64,000 nucleotides of DNA from an uncultured bacterium (GTDB taxonomy: Bacteria; Patescibacteriota; Minisyncoccia; Minisyncoccales; RBG-13-42-11). The translations under genes were made by a program, and so were the position numbers. Shown piece after piece: positions 7,833-16,959 of this stretch. Numbering within the stretch: the first letter of the stretch is position 1; each line of letters starts with the position of its first letter. Under the pieces are notes generated by a model. The model was not told where the DNA came from. It did no database searches and was given only the letters and a program-made list of their open reading frames with translations. The stretch lies in contig CAWBPO010000001.1 of assembly GCA_963790795.1 (NCBI GenBank), positions 204,073 through 268,072 of the forward strand. Reading direction: 5' to 3'.

Positions 7833-8572
7833 AGAAATTTGTTTATCTTCTCGCAATTTTTATTGGATTATTTCTGCTTTTCGGGCCGGAAGTCATACCG
7901 GACAATTTTCAGCCGCAGGAAGTTTTAGCAACAGCTCAGAACAGCGATGTTATTATCGTTTTTAATTTAGGAGGATGGGGCGATGCGCCCTTTGAAGAAG
8001 CAGATGATTTTGCTCCGATTATTGAAAAAATGCAGCAGATTCTTGATCAATGGGGTTACAGCGCAGCAGTTATCCCTTATACCAGGACAAAAGATGATTT
8101 ATTTGGAAGGATAGCCGGTTTAAGAGAATTAATGAATAATTTTAAAAACTCTTCAAATGATTTGGCTGAAAAAATTGAATCTCTTAATGAAAACTTTCCC
8201 GATAAAAAGATTATTGTAACCGGACTTTCTGTTGGCGGAGCTTTTGCCACAAAAACTTACGAAAAGCTTTCCGAGGAAGTCAAAAACTCAGTCTATACCA
8301 TTGCTGTCGGCACTCCTTTTTGGGCAGACAATTTTGAAAACAGCAATCTTATCCAGGTGGACAATGAAGGAAAAGACAGTTTAGTTGAGGGGGACGTTAG
8401 TCCTTTGTTTTTTTCTTTGGTGAAAAGCCCTTTTAAATGGCTTGTTGCTAAGATTAACGGTCAGAATTTGCCTTTATCCAGAGCTTTTCAGGCCCCGGGA
8501 CATAATTATTATTGGGAATCGCCTGAAGTCGGCCCCAAAATCATCAGTTTTCTTAGCGATAAATTACGCTGA
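7829..8572 (+). CDS. membrane-anchored hypothetical protein, possible alpha/beta-hydrolase
   Basis: N-terminal TM helix. GLSVGG matches a GxSxG nucleophile elbow. 4-nt overlap with the upstream gene. Confidence 0.45.
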   Translation: MKKFVYLLAIFIGLFLLFGPEVIPDNFQPQEVLATAQNSDVIIVFNLGGWGDAPFEEADDFAPIIEKMQQILDQWGYSAAVIPYTRTKDDLFGRIAGLRELMNNFKNSSNDLAEKIESLNENFPDKKIIVTGLSVGGAFATKTYEKLSEEVKNSVYTIAVGTPFWADNFENSNLIQVDNEGKDSLVEGDVSPLFFSLVKSPFKWLVAKINGQNLPLSRAFQAPGHNYYWESPEVGPKIISFLSDKLR

Positions 8573-8577
8573 TTTCT

Positions 8578-9591
8578 ATGAAAAAGCTTTTACTTCTTTT
8601 ATTCTCTTTGCTGGCTGGCGCAGTCATTTTCGTTTGGGTTTTGAGAACAGTCGGCTGGCAGGAAATTAAAAACGCTCTCTTGGTTTTTAGTGGCTGGAAG
8701 GGTTTGGTAATTTTGTTGATTACTTTTTTGATGGCTGTTATCGGAACATGGAAGTGGAAGGCGATTTTGGACGGAAAAGGCCAGAGAGTCTCTTTTGGAG
8801 AACTTTGGCGGTATTACCTTGCCACTTTTTCCATCAGGCTTTTCGTGCCGATAGCCATTGTTGGAGCTGAGATTTTTCAGGGATACATTTTAAAAAAGAA
8901 AAATTCCATTCCCTGGGATCAAGGAATGGCATCGGTCATAATTGACAGAATTTTGGAATGGACGGCTAATTTAGTGGTAATTTTTCTGGGTGCAGTGTTT
9001 TTTCTTTTAATGATTGGCGTTCCGCCGATAAACCTGGTGATAATTTTTGGCAGCATATTTTTGGTTCTGGCAGCCGCAATTTCCTTCTTTTATTTCAAGG
9101 CTTTCAAGCGGCAAAGCATGGCAAAATTTTTTTGCAAGTTTTTTAACAATAGCTTGGACAGCCAGCTGTTTAACATTGAAAAAGAAATCTTTGTTTTTTT
9201 TAAGCTGAAAAAGAAAAACATGTGGAAAGTTTTCGGCTTGAACTTTCTGAGGGCTAGTTTCATGCTTTTGCGGACATGGATTTTAATCATTTTTTTGGGC
9301 GGGAAGATCAGTATTTTATCAGCCCTGTCCGTTCTCGGTTTTACTTACTTGGCAGTAGCCATTCCCATACCGACCGCTCTTGGCTCTCACGAGGCAATTC
9401 AGTTATTCGCTTTTAATTATTTGCATTTGAAAACCGCCACAGCTACTGCTTTTACAATGATTATCAGGGGGGCGGAAGTAATGGTTGCCTTGGTCGGAGT
9501 AATAATTTTATTCCGCTTGGGCGCATTTTTAATAAAAGAAACAATTTTTAAAAGATTTAACAGTTTTTCAAACAACAATGATAGGAATTAA
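8578..9591 (+). CDS. UPF0104 / lysylphosphatidylglycerol-synthase-TM-region-like (flippase-like) membrane protein
   Basis: About 8 predicted TM segments, with the overall pattern of the 'flippase-like domain' family. Confidence 0.55.
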   Translation: MKKLLLLLFSLLAGAVIFVWVLRTVGWQEIKNALLVFSGWKGLVILLITFLMAVIGTWKWKAILDGKGQRVSFGELWRYYLATFSIRLFVPIAIVGAEIFQGYILKKKNSIPWDQGMASVIIDRILEWTANLVVIFLGAVFFLLMIGVPPINLVIIFGSIFLVLAAAISFFYFKAFKRQSMAKFFCKFFNNSLDSQLFNIEKEIFVFFKLKKKNMWKVFGLNFLRASFMLLRTWILIIFLGGKISILSALSVLGFTYLAVAIPIPTALGSHEAIQLFAFNYLHLKTATATAFTMIIRGAEVMVALVGVIILFRLGAFLIKETIFKRFNSFSNNNDRN

Positions 9592-10201
9592 TAAAGTCAT
9601 CAAAACCCTTATTTTGTCCGATTTTTTGCTTCAATCCGGCTGGGGATTAATCGGGCCGATTTTCGCCATTTTCATAACCCAGCAAATTAAAGGCGGCACT
9701 CTGGCTGCAGTTGGTTTTATCGCTGCCACTTATTGGTTTGTCAAATCAGTTGCTCAGCCGTTTATCGCTCATTATCTTGACGTTAAAAAAGGGGAAAAGG
9801 ATGATTTCAAGCTTTTGATTTTCGGCATGTTTTTTGCCAACTTGGTTCCTTTGGCATATATTTTCACTACTGAGCTTTGGCATATATTTTTGTTGGAAAG
9901 CATAAGAGGATTGTGCATGGCTTGTGTTGTGCCAAGCTGGGCAGGCATTTTTACCAGGCACATTGACAAAGGATGGGAAGCATTTTCCTGGAGTATTGAA
10001 AGTACTGGCATTGGTTTTGCTGCTGCTTTTGCCGGGGGCCTTGGCGCAACCTTAGCTACTTTTTTTGGCTTTAAGATTGTTTTTGTTTTGATAAGCTTTT
10101 TCGGGATAGGAGCCACCTTTCTTTTGTTTTTCATACGCAACAATCTTTTTCATAGAGACGGGTTTGTTCCAAGGATTCCGCCCTCGGAAAAACCTTTTTA
10201 A
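9578..10201 (+). CDS. six-TM MFS-like half-size membrane protein
   Basis: Six hydrophobic segments. Resembles the N-terminal half of an MFS transporter. 14-nt overlap with the upstream gene. Confidence 0.5.
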   Translation: MIGINKVIKTLILSDFLLQSGWGLIGPIFAIFITQQIKGGTLAAVGFIAATYWFVKSVAQPFIAHYLDVKKGEKDDFKLLIFGMFFANLVPLAYIFTTELWHIFLLESIRGLCMACVVPSWAGIFTRHIDKGWEAFSWSIESTGIGFAAAFAGGLGATLATFFGFKIVFVLISFFGIGATFLLFFIRNNLFHRDGFVPRIPPSEKPF

Positions 10202-10204
10202 TCA

Positions 10205-11962
10205 ATGAAAAACCAAGAACTAGCCAAACTCTTTTATGAAATAGCAGATTATTTAGGGATGGAGGAGGTGGCTTTCAAACCATATGCTTATCAAAAAGCA
10301 GCTGCTGCTTTGGAAGGCATGGAAGAAGATGTGGAAGACATTTACAAGCGGGGGGGCATAAAAGAGCTTGAAGAAATACCGGGAGTCGGCAAAAGCATTG
10401 CCCAAAAGATTGAAGAATATTTAAAAACAGGGAAAATCAAATATTATCAGAAGCTCAAGAAACTTTTGCCTTTAAATTTGGAAGAAATAATTGCTGTTGA
10501 AGGAATGGGGCCAAAAAGAGCAAAGCTTCTTTATCAGAAGCTGGGAGTAAAGAATATAAAAGAACTGGAAAAAGCAGCCAGATCTCACAAGATTGCCTCT
10601 TTATTCGGCTTCGGCGAGAAAACAGAAAAAAATATTCTGGAAGGCATTGCTTTTTTGAAAAGGTCAAAAGGCAGATTTCTTTTAGGGGAGATTTTTCCTT
10701 TAGTAAAAGAGATTTTAGGCAAATTAAAAACTTTAAAAGAAGTGGAGCAAGTCAGCGCAGCTGGTTCTGTCAGGAGAATGAAAGAAACCATCGGTGATGT
10801 TGATATTTTAGCAACGGCCAAAAATCCAAAAAAAGTTATGGATTTTTTTGTTCAGCTGCCGGACATAACAAAAATATGGGGCAAAGGACCGACAAAATCT
10901 TCCATAAGGCTAAAAGAAGGATTTGACGTTGATATACGGGTGGTCACTAAAAAATCTTTTGGTTCAGCCCTCCAGTATTTTACCGGTTCAAAAGAGCATA
11001 ATATAGTTTTAAGGAGGATTGCTATTGAAAAAGGATTGAAATTAAACGAATACGGGCTTTTTAAAGGAAAGAAAATGATTGCCGGATGGTATGAAAACGG
11101 CATTTATCGGGCGCTTGGCCTTTCCTGGGTTGAACCTGAATTAAGAGAAGGCCAAGGAGAAATAGAAGCAGCCCTTCGACAAGCTCAGGGCAAGCCAAAC
11201 GGATTGCCAAAAATCATTGGCTACAAAGACATTAAAGGAGACTTGCATTGCCATTCTACTTGGGACGGCGGAGTAAACACAATTGAAGTTATGGCAAAAA
11301 CTGCTCAGGATATGGGTTACCAATACATCGGTATTGCCGATCATACAAAGTTTTTAAGGATTGAGAACGGATTGAACGAAAAAGAGTTAGAACAACAGCG
11401 GAAAGAGATTGATAAATTAAATGAAAAACTTGTCCCGTACCGAACCGAAGGTTCTGGTGCGGGGTTCCGCATTCTCCAGGGATGCGAAGCGAACATTTTG
11501 TCTGACGGCTCGATCGACATCAAAGACGAAGCGTTAAAGAAGCTAGATTTTGTTATTGCCGGAGTCCATTCAGCTTTTAAAATGGAAAAATCAAAAATGA
11601 CAGAAAGAATAATCAAAGCAATGGAAAATCCGAATGTAGATATAATTTCTCATCCGACAGGCAGGATTTTGAAAAAGAGGGACGAATATCAAATTGATTT
11701 TGATAGGATTTTAAGAACGGCCAAAGAAACAAAAACAATTTTAGAAATTAATTCTTGGCCGGAAAGATTGGATTTGAATGACAGGAACATTAAAAAAGCA
11801 AAGACAGCTGGCGTGAAAATGATAATTAACACCGATTCTCACGACAAAAATCATTTAAGGTTCATGGAGTTCGGCATTGCCCAGGCTCGTCGCGGCTGGG
11901 CTGAAAAAAGCGATATTATTAACAGCCAGCCATTGGCAAAATTATTAAAATTTTTCAAATAA
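10205..11962 (+). CDS. polX: family X DNA polymerase with C-terminal PHP domain (PolX)
   Basis: HhH motifs (IPGVGKSIAQKI, VEGMGPKRA), GSVRRMKETIGDVDIL nucleotidyltransferase motif, and PHP region DLHCHSTWDGG...IADHT...SHP...DSH. Confidence 0.9.
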   Translation: MKNQELAKLFYEIADYLGMEEVAFKPYAYQKAAAALEGMEEDVEDIYKRGGIKELEEIPGVGKSIAQKIEEYLKTGKIKYYQKLKKLLPLNLEEIIAVEGMGPKRAKLLYQKLGVKNIKELEKAARSHKIASLFGFGEKTEKNILEGIAFLKRSKGRFLLGEIFPLVKEILGKLKTLKEVEQVSAAGSVRRMKETIGDVDILATAKNPKKVMDFFVQLPDITKIWGKGPTKSSIRLKEGFDVDIRVVTKKSFGSALQYFTGSKEHNIVLRRIAIEKGLKLNEYGLFKGKKMIAGWYENGIYRALGLSWVEPELREGQGEIEAALRQAQGKPNGLPKIIGYKDIKGDLHCHSTWDGGVNTIEVMAKTAQDMGYQYIGIADHTKFLRIENGLNEKELEQQRKEIDKLNEKLVPYRTEGSGAGFRILQGCEANILSDGSIDIKDEALKKLDFVIAGVHSAFKMEKSKMTERIIKAMENPNVDIISHPTGRILKKRDEYQIDFDRILRTAKETKTILEINSWPERLDLNDRNIKKAKTAGVKMIINTDSHDKNHLRFMEFGIAQARRGWAEKSDIINSQPLAKLLKFFK

Positions 11963-11963
11963 A

Positions 11964-12473
11964 ATGAAAAACAATAAAAAATCGAAAGTTAAAATTAAAA
12001 AAGCGGGAATCGCGGATATTAAACCGTTTTTGCCTCTGTTTAAAGATAGTGTCAAAAAGCAATTTCCGGAATATTCCTCAAAGGTTAAAAATCTTTTTTT
12101 AAACAAATATTTTACAAGGAAAAATTTCATAGAAGATTTAAAAAAAAGAATGATGGATTTAATTTTAGCCTTCATGGATGGGCAAATCGTCGGCTATCTC
12201 ATGATTCTTCCGCCTTACGGTGGCATTTCTTACGTCTCCTGGCTGGCGGTTGGGAATTCTTTCCAGGAAAAAGGAATCGGCACAGCTCTTTTGAAAGAAT
12301 GTGAAAAAATAATAAGAAAGAGGGGCGCTCATAAGATTCATCTTTGGACCAGTAAGCGGAATGTCAAATTCTATAAGAAAAATGGATGGGTATTGGTCGG
12401 GAACATACCTGAAAATTATTTCGGCGCAGATGACTGGTTGTTTTACAAAGCAATTAAAAAACCAAGATATTAA
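11964..12473 (+). CDS. GNAT family N-acetyltransferase
   Basis: FQEKGIGTALLKECEKIIRKRG matches the Q/RxxGxG/A acetyl-CoA motif. Confidence 0.8.
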   Translation: MKNNKKSKVKIKKAGIADIKPFLPLFKDSVKKQFPEYSSKVKNLFLNKYFTRKNFIEDLKKRMMDLILAFMDGQIVGYLMILPPYGGISYVSWLAVGNSFQEKGIGTALLKECEKIIRKRGAHKIHLWTSKRNVKFYKKNGWVLVGNIPENYFGADDWLFYKAIKKPRY

Positions 12474-12478
12474 AAAAT

Positions 12479-12916
12479 ATGCCAGTTGAAAAGTCTGCTG
12501 GACTCGTTATTTTTAAAAAATCAGAAGGTAAAAGAGTTTACCTTCTTTTGTATTATCCCAGAGGATCTAGAAGGCCAAAAACCTATTGGGATTTTCCGAA
12601 AGGCCACATTGAAAAAGGTGAAAAACCAACAATGACAGCCAGGCGGGAAACAGCTGAAGAAACAGGATTGTCTGACATTAATTTTATTAAAGGGTTTAAA
12701 GAAGAAATTAAATATTTTTTTAAATGGGAAGGCAAGACAATTTCAAAATTTGTTGTTTTCTATTTAACTGAGACCAAAAAAGAAAATATAAAGATTTCCA
12801 AAGAGCATATAGGATACAAATGGCTTCCTTTCGGAAAAGCTTTAAAGCAACTACATTTTCAAAATGCCAAAGAAATACTCAAGAAAGCAGATAGTTTCCT
12901 TCAAAAAAGGGAATAG
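12479..12916 (+). CDS. NUDIX hydrolase
   Basis: Nudix box GHIEKGEKPTMTARRETAEETGL. Confidence 0.88.
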   Translation: MPVEKSAGLVIFKKSEGKRVYLLLYYPRGSRRPKTYWDFPKGHIEKGEKPTMTARRETAEETGLSDINFIKGFKEEIKYFFKWEGKTISKFVVFYLTETKKENIKISKEHIGYKWLPFGKALKQLHFQNAKEILKKADSFLQKRE

Positions 12917-12939
12917 GTTTACTTAAAAAGGATAGCGTG

Positions 12940-13002
12940 TTAATAAGAAAATGCGCTTATGGTATACTGCGCATTTTCTTGAATCGGAATTAAAATTCCG
13001 AT
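12940..13002 (+). promoter_or_regulatory. promoter embedded in two perfect palindromes (operator / terminator candidates)
   Basis: -35 TTAATA (12940-12945), 17-nt spacer, then extended -10 TGgTATACT (12960-12968). The -10 lies between the arms GAAAATGCGC (12947-12956) and GCGCATTTTC (12969-12978). A second palindrome is ATCGGAATT-AA-AATTCCGAT (12983-13002). Confidence 0.4.
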
Positions 13003-13049
13003 ATTCTAAAAATCGGAGGGTTTGCATTTTGTCAGAAAGGAGGTAATAA

Positions 13050-13409
13050 ATGCCACTATTGTTGTTTTGGCAACCCAAGTTATTGCCGCCTCCCCGCTTT
13101 AAAGTATGCAAGCGATGCGGGGCAATTTGCGAATCGGCAATAAACAGATGCCCAGGCCTTATTTCCATTAACAAAATTAGTTTCTGGGAAAGGTTCTGGC
13201 GCAGACTCTTAAGAAAGCCAAAATACGGAGAGTTCTTTTTCATATGCGAAAGCGTAGACTTTCAAGAGGTAACATGCAGCATAGCGAAACAGGGAGTAAA
13301 GATCTATTTCCAAACTTGGCCGACTTGGCCCGATGAAAGAGCTTGGCGCCAGATATCTGCAAAAGACGACATGGAGAAATCTTCCAGAACAAAAAAGCCT
13401 ACTGATTAA
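13050..13409 (+). CDS. hypothetical Trp-rich protein with N-terminal zinc-ribbon-like CxxC...C motif
   Basis: Strong SD GAAAGGAGGT 5-6 nt before the ATG. CKRCGAICESAINRC motif. Visibly GC-richer than its neighbours. Followed by a bidirectional terminator. Confidence 0.6.
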   Translation: MPLLLFWQPKLLPPPRFKVCKRCGAICESAINRCPGLISINKISFWERFWRRLLRKPKYGEFFFICESVDFQEVTCSIAKQGVKIYFQTWPTWPDERAWRQISAKDDMEKSSRTKKPTD

Positions 13410-13436
13410 TCTGTGCGATTTCTAGTAGGCTTTTTT
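13391..13436. terminator. bidirectional intrinsic terminator
   Basis: AAAAAAGCCTACT ... AGTAGGCTTTTTT: a perfect 7-bp GC-containing stem flanked by A- and T-tracts, between convergent genes. Confidence 0.7.
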
Positions 13437-13448
13437 ATTTAAGATACA

Positions 13449-13793
13449 CTATTTTACTTTTTCTATTATCTTTTCGAAAATTTGAGGATGGTTTTGGCAA
13501 AACTGGGATAGAATCTTTCTGTCAATTTCAATTTTATTTTTCTTCAAATTGGCAATAAACTTCGAATAGGATAAGCCTTGCTGTCGGCAAGCGCCATTAA
13601 TGTTTGTCTGCCAAAGCTTTCTAAATTCCCTCTTTTTTGTTTTTCTGTCGCGATAAGCGTATTCCCAGGCATGGTAAAGAGCGTCTTTCGCCAATCGGTA
13701 TTTTGATTTTCTTCCCCAGCGAAAGCCTTTAGTTTGCTTTAATACGTTTTTTCTGCGTTTATGCGCTGTTTTTCCTCTTTTGACGCGAGCCAT
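13449..13793 (-). CDS. rplT: 50S ribosomal protein L20
   Basis: MARVKRGKTAHKRRKNVLKQTKGFRWGRK. Confidence 0.95.
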   Translation of the reverse strand: MARVKRGKTAHKRRKNVLKQTKGFRWGRKSKYRLAKDALYHAWEYAYRDRKTKKREFRKLWQTNINGACRQQGLSYSKFIANLKKNKIEIDRKILSQFCQNHPQIFEKIIEKVK

Positions 13794-13796
13794 ATA

Positions 13797-13982
13797 TTAT
13801 ATTCCTAATAACTTTTTGATTTTTTTAACTTCGCTCTTAGAAACTTTTATCAACTTTCGGCTTTGCCTGGTTTTTTTGCCAGATTTTTTAGCCAAATAAT
13901 GGTCAAGCTGAGTTTTTCTTCTCAGAATTTTGCCGCTTTTTGTTACTTTAAAGCGTTTTTTAATTGATTTTCTTGTTTTCAT
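13797..13982 (-). CDS. rpmI: 50S ribosomal protein L35
   Basis: MKTRKSIKKRFKVTKSGKILRRK. Confidence 0.93.
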   Translation of the reverse strand: MKTRKSIKKRFKVTKSGKILRRKTQLDHYLAKKSGKKTRQSRKLIKVSKSEVKKIKKLLGI

Positions 13983-14019
13983 ATTTTGAACGAAGTGAGA
14001 AATATATCCGCAGATATAA

Positions 14020-14529
14020 TTATCCTTTTGAAATTATCATTGTGAATCCTCTGGATTCTCTTTTTAATTCCCGTTCCTTTTTTATCGGGACAAGTTCATT
14101 CAAAGTATTGAGAAATTTCTCTACTTTCTCTCTGGCAAAATCTTGGAGAGCTCTTTGTCTTCCTCTTAGGGGCAGGTCTATTCTTACTTGGTCTCCTCTT
14201 TTTAAGAACTTTTCTGCTTGATGAGCCCGCGTTTCCAGATCATGCTGTGAAATATTGAAAGTTAATCTTATCCCCTTTAATTCTCCGCCTTTGTGTTTGT
14301 GGGTTGCTTTTTCTTTCTTTTCTTCCCGGTAAAGATACTTGCCGTAATCTCCTATCCGGCATACTGGCGGGTCCACTTTTTCCGTTACTTGAATTAAATC
14401 TAAATTGCGCTCACGGGCCATTCTGAGCGCTTCTTCCAAAGAAACTACTCCCACTTGCTTTTCAGTCTCATCGATTAATCTTACCTCTCTTGCCCTTATT
14501 CGATTATTGGCTAATAATCTTTTAATCAA
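14020..14529 (-). CDS. infC: translation initiation factor IF-3
   Basis: NNRIRAREVRLIDETEKQVGVVSLEEALRMARERNLDLIQV. The ORF begins with TTG (14527-14529) immediately followed by ATT, so it has a non-AUG start, as is usual for infC. Confidence 0.92.
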   Translation of the reverse strand: MIKRLLANNRIRAREVRLIDETEKQVGVVSLEEALRMARERNLDLIQVTEKVDPPVCRIGDYGKYLYREEKKEKATHKHKGGELKGIRLTFNISQHDLETRAHQAEKFLKRGDQVRIDLPLRGRQRALQDFAREKVEKFLNTLNELVPIKKERELKRESRGFTMIISKG

Positions 14530-14548
14530 ATTAATAATTTAATTTTTG

Positions 14549-14899
14549 TGGAGATGGCGGGATTGGACCCGCGTCTGAGGAGTTTTTCTGAAATAATTCT
14601 ACAGGTTTAGTTCAGTTTTTTAGAAAGCATAGAGTCTAAACTGAACAAAATATCTATACCCTGAATCCAATTATTTTTCAATAGTTTTTCCGGATTCTGA
14701 AAAAACCATTTATCTCGCTAAGTTTGACACTCGATTTTGCTAAGCGAGAATCAGCAAAACGAATGGCTCTGCTACTTATGCGTAAGCAAGAGCAGGTTGT
14801 TTGAATAAGTTGGCACTTATCCTTTTTGCCAGTTTTTGCAAGTTCTGACAACTTGACCTGATTATTTCAGTCCGCTTCTCATCGAAGCATTTCATCCCC
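14549..14899 (-). ncRNA. ssrA: tmRNA (SsrA)
   Basis: 5' GGGGATG pairs with 3' CATCTCC, including the G3:U pair. T-arm GCGGGTCCAATCCCGC. Tag reading frame 14776-14814: GCC AAC TTA TTC AAA CAA CCT GCT CTT GCT TAC GCA TAA = ANLFKQPALAYA*. Confidence 0.9.
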
Positions 14900-15341
14900 G
14901 CATTTTTAATTCTCTTTCTATCTCTTTTTTAAGCGTTCTTTTTTTAATCGTTTCTCTTTTATCCGCTTTCTTTTTTCCTTTTGCTATGCCAAATTCCAGT
15001 TTTATTTTAGCTTTTTTAGTATATACCTTTAATGGCACTAAAGTCAATCCTTTCTCTTTTGTTTTGCCGATCAGGTACTTAATTTCAGATTTTTTCAAAA
15101 GAAGCTTTCTCGGACGCTCGGCTAGATAATCGGAAGGAGCGTTTTTAGGCTGATAGGGTGGGATATTGGCTCCAACCAGGAAGATTTCCCCATTATTTAA
15201 AGTCACATAGGAGCCAGCTAAGTTTATTCTTCCTGTTTTGATTGATTTTACTTCTTGTCCGATTAAAACAATACCAGCCTCGATTTTCTCCAGGATTTCG
15301 TAGTTAAAATATGCTTTTTTGTTTTCAGACAATACCTTCAT
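14892..15341 (-). CDS. smpB: SsrA-binding protein SmpB
   Basis: NKKAYFNYEILEKIEAGIVLIGQEVKSIK.... Confidence 0.95.
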   Translation of the reverse strand: MKVLSENKKAYFNYEILEKIEAGIVLIGQEVKSIKTGRINLAGSYVTLNNGEIFLVGANIPPYQPKNAPSDYLAERPRKLLLKKSEIKYLIGKTKEKGLTLVPLKVYTKKAKIKLEFGIAKGKKKADKRETIKKRTLKKEIERELKMRG

Positions 15342-15399
15342 AAGTTAAGTTTAGCACTAAATCCTTTAATTTTTAAATGAAATAAGCTAAAATGATTAT

Positions 15400-16953
15400 A
15401 TGATAGCTAGAAATGAGATTAAAAATTTACTTGAAAAATCAGTAAAAAACCTCTATAACAAAGAGATTGAAGTTAGAATAGACAGGCCGGCAGAGCCGGT
15501 TTTTGGCGATTATACCAGCAATATAGCAATGGTGCTTAAAAAGAACCCTCAGGAGATAGCTGATAGCATACAATCCGATATTTTAGAGAGAATTGAAGTG
15601 AAAAACGGCTTCATTAATTTTTTTCTTTCAAAAGAATATTTGCAAAAGCAGGTTGAAGAAGTTTTAAAAAAGAAAGACAAATTCGGAGATTTGAAAATGG
15701 GCAAGGGCAAAAAAATAGACATTGAATGTATTTGCGCCAATCCTACCGGAGAATTGCACATTGGCCACGGCCGGGGTGCTTTTTTGGGCGAGACATTGAC
15801 CAATGTTTTCAAGAAAAGCGGCTTTAAGGTTTTTCGTTCCCATTATGCCAATGACGCTAAAAACAGCTCCCAGATAAAAGAGTTGGGCAAGACAGCTTTG
15901 GGGCAAGGAACAACATATTTGAACGAATACCTTAAGAAAAAGATTAACAAACTAAAGCCGGAAATCAGCCAATGCAAAAATGAAAGGGATGCTGGTTCTT
16001 TGTTGGCTCAGGAGGTACAAAAAGACATCAAAGATTTCATTGAGAACAAACTGAAGATTGGGTTTGATTTTTGGGTTTCTGAAGAAAAAGATTTGTATCA
16101 GAAAGGCAAAATAAATAAAATCTATGATTGGCTTAAAAAACAACGCTTGGTCTACGAAAGAGACAACGCCCAATGGCTGAAAACCTCAGCTTTTGGCGAT
16201 TCAAAAGACTGGGTTATTGTCAGGGAATCAGGGGAATTTACTTATCTTTTACCTGATATTGCCTACCATAAAGACAGGTTTGACAGGAAATACGACAAAA
16301 TAATCAATATCTGGGGAGCTGACCACCAGGGGCACGTTAATAAAATAAAGGCAGTCAGCAAAATCCTTGATTACAAAGGGGAGTTGGTTTTTTTGATCAC
16401 TCAGGTTGTCAGATTAAAGGGAGAAAAGATGTCAAAGAGAAAAGGCAAAGTGGTGACTTTGGCGTGGCTGATGAATGAGGTTGGTTCAGACGCAGTCAGG
16501 TTCATATACTTGATGAAATCATCTGACACGCAAATGGAGTTTGACATGGAACTGGCCAAAGACCAGTCAGAGAAAAACCCTGTTTTTTACGTGCAGTACG
16601 CCCATGCTAGAATTTGCAGTATTTTGAGGAAACTGAAAATTGAGAATCTGAAGTTGAAGCCTGGAACTAAGAACTTAAAGCTTTTAACTCATCCGTCTGA
16701 ATCAGGGCTTATCAAACAATTAATTAAGTTTTCGGAAATTATTGAAGATACGGTTAATGATTATCAGGTTCAAAGAATTCCACAGTATGCTTTGGATTTG
16801 GCTGCTTCTTTTCATCAGTTTTATCATGATTGCCGGGTTATATCAGAAGACGTTCCTTTATCAGAAGTCCGTTTGGGCTTGGTTTTGGCAACGAAAATAA
16901 TCTTAAAAAACACTTTATCTTTAATGGGAGTTTCCGCTCCGGAAAAGATGTAA
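15400..16953 (+). CDS. argS: arginine--tRNA ligase
   Basis: NPTGELHIGHGRG (HIGH) and KMSKRKG (KMSKS-like). 517 aa. Confidence 0.93.
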   Translation: MIARNEIKNLLEKSVKNLYNKEIEVRIDRPAEPVFGDYTSNIAMVLKKNPQEIADSIQSDILERIEVKNGFINFFLSKEYLQKQVEEVLKKKDKFGDLKMGKGKKIDIECICANPTGELHIGHGRGAFLGETLTNVFKKSGFKVFRSHYANDAKNSSQIKELGKTALGQGTTYLNEYLKKKINKLKPEISQCKNERDAGSLLAQEVQKDIKDFIENKLKIGFDFWVSEEKDLYQKGKINKIYDWLKKQRLVYERDNAQWLKTSAFGDSKDWVIVRESGEFTYLLPDIAYHKDRFDRKYDKIINIWGADHQGHVNKIKAVSKILDYKGELVFLITQVVRLKGEKMSKRKGKVVTLAWLMNEVGSDAVRFIYLMKSSDTQMEFDMELAKDQSEKNPVFYVQYAHARICSILRKLKIENLKLKPGTKNLKLLTHPSESGLIKQLIKFSEIIEDTVNDYQVQRIPQYALDLAASFHQFYHDCRVISEDVPLSEVRLGLVLATKIILKNTLSLMGVSAPEKM

Positions 16954-16959
16954 TTATAT

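Noticed and set aside
12923-13243. 106-aa minus-strand ORF overlapping the orphan gene region
   Set aside because: It has no SD. It overlaps the SD-preceded plus-strand ORF and runs through the palindromes. It is most likely spurious.
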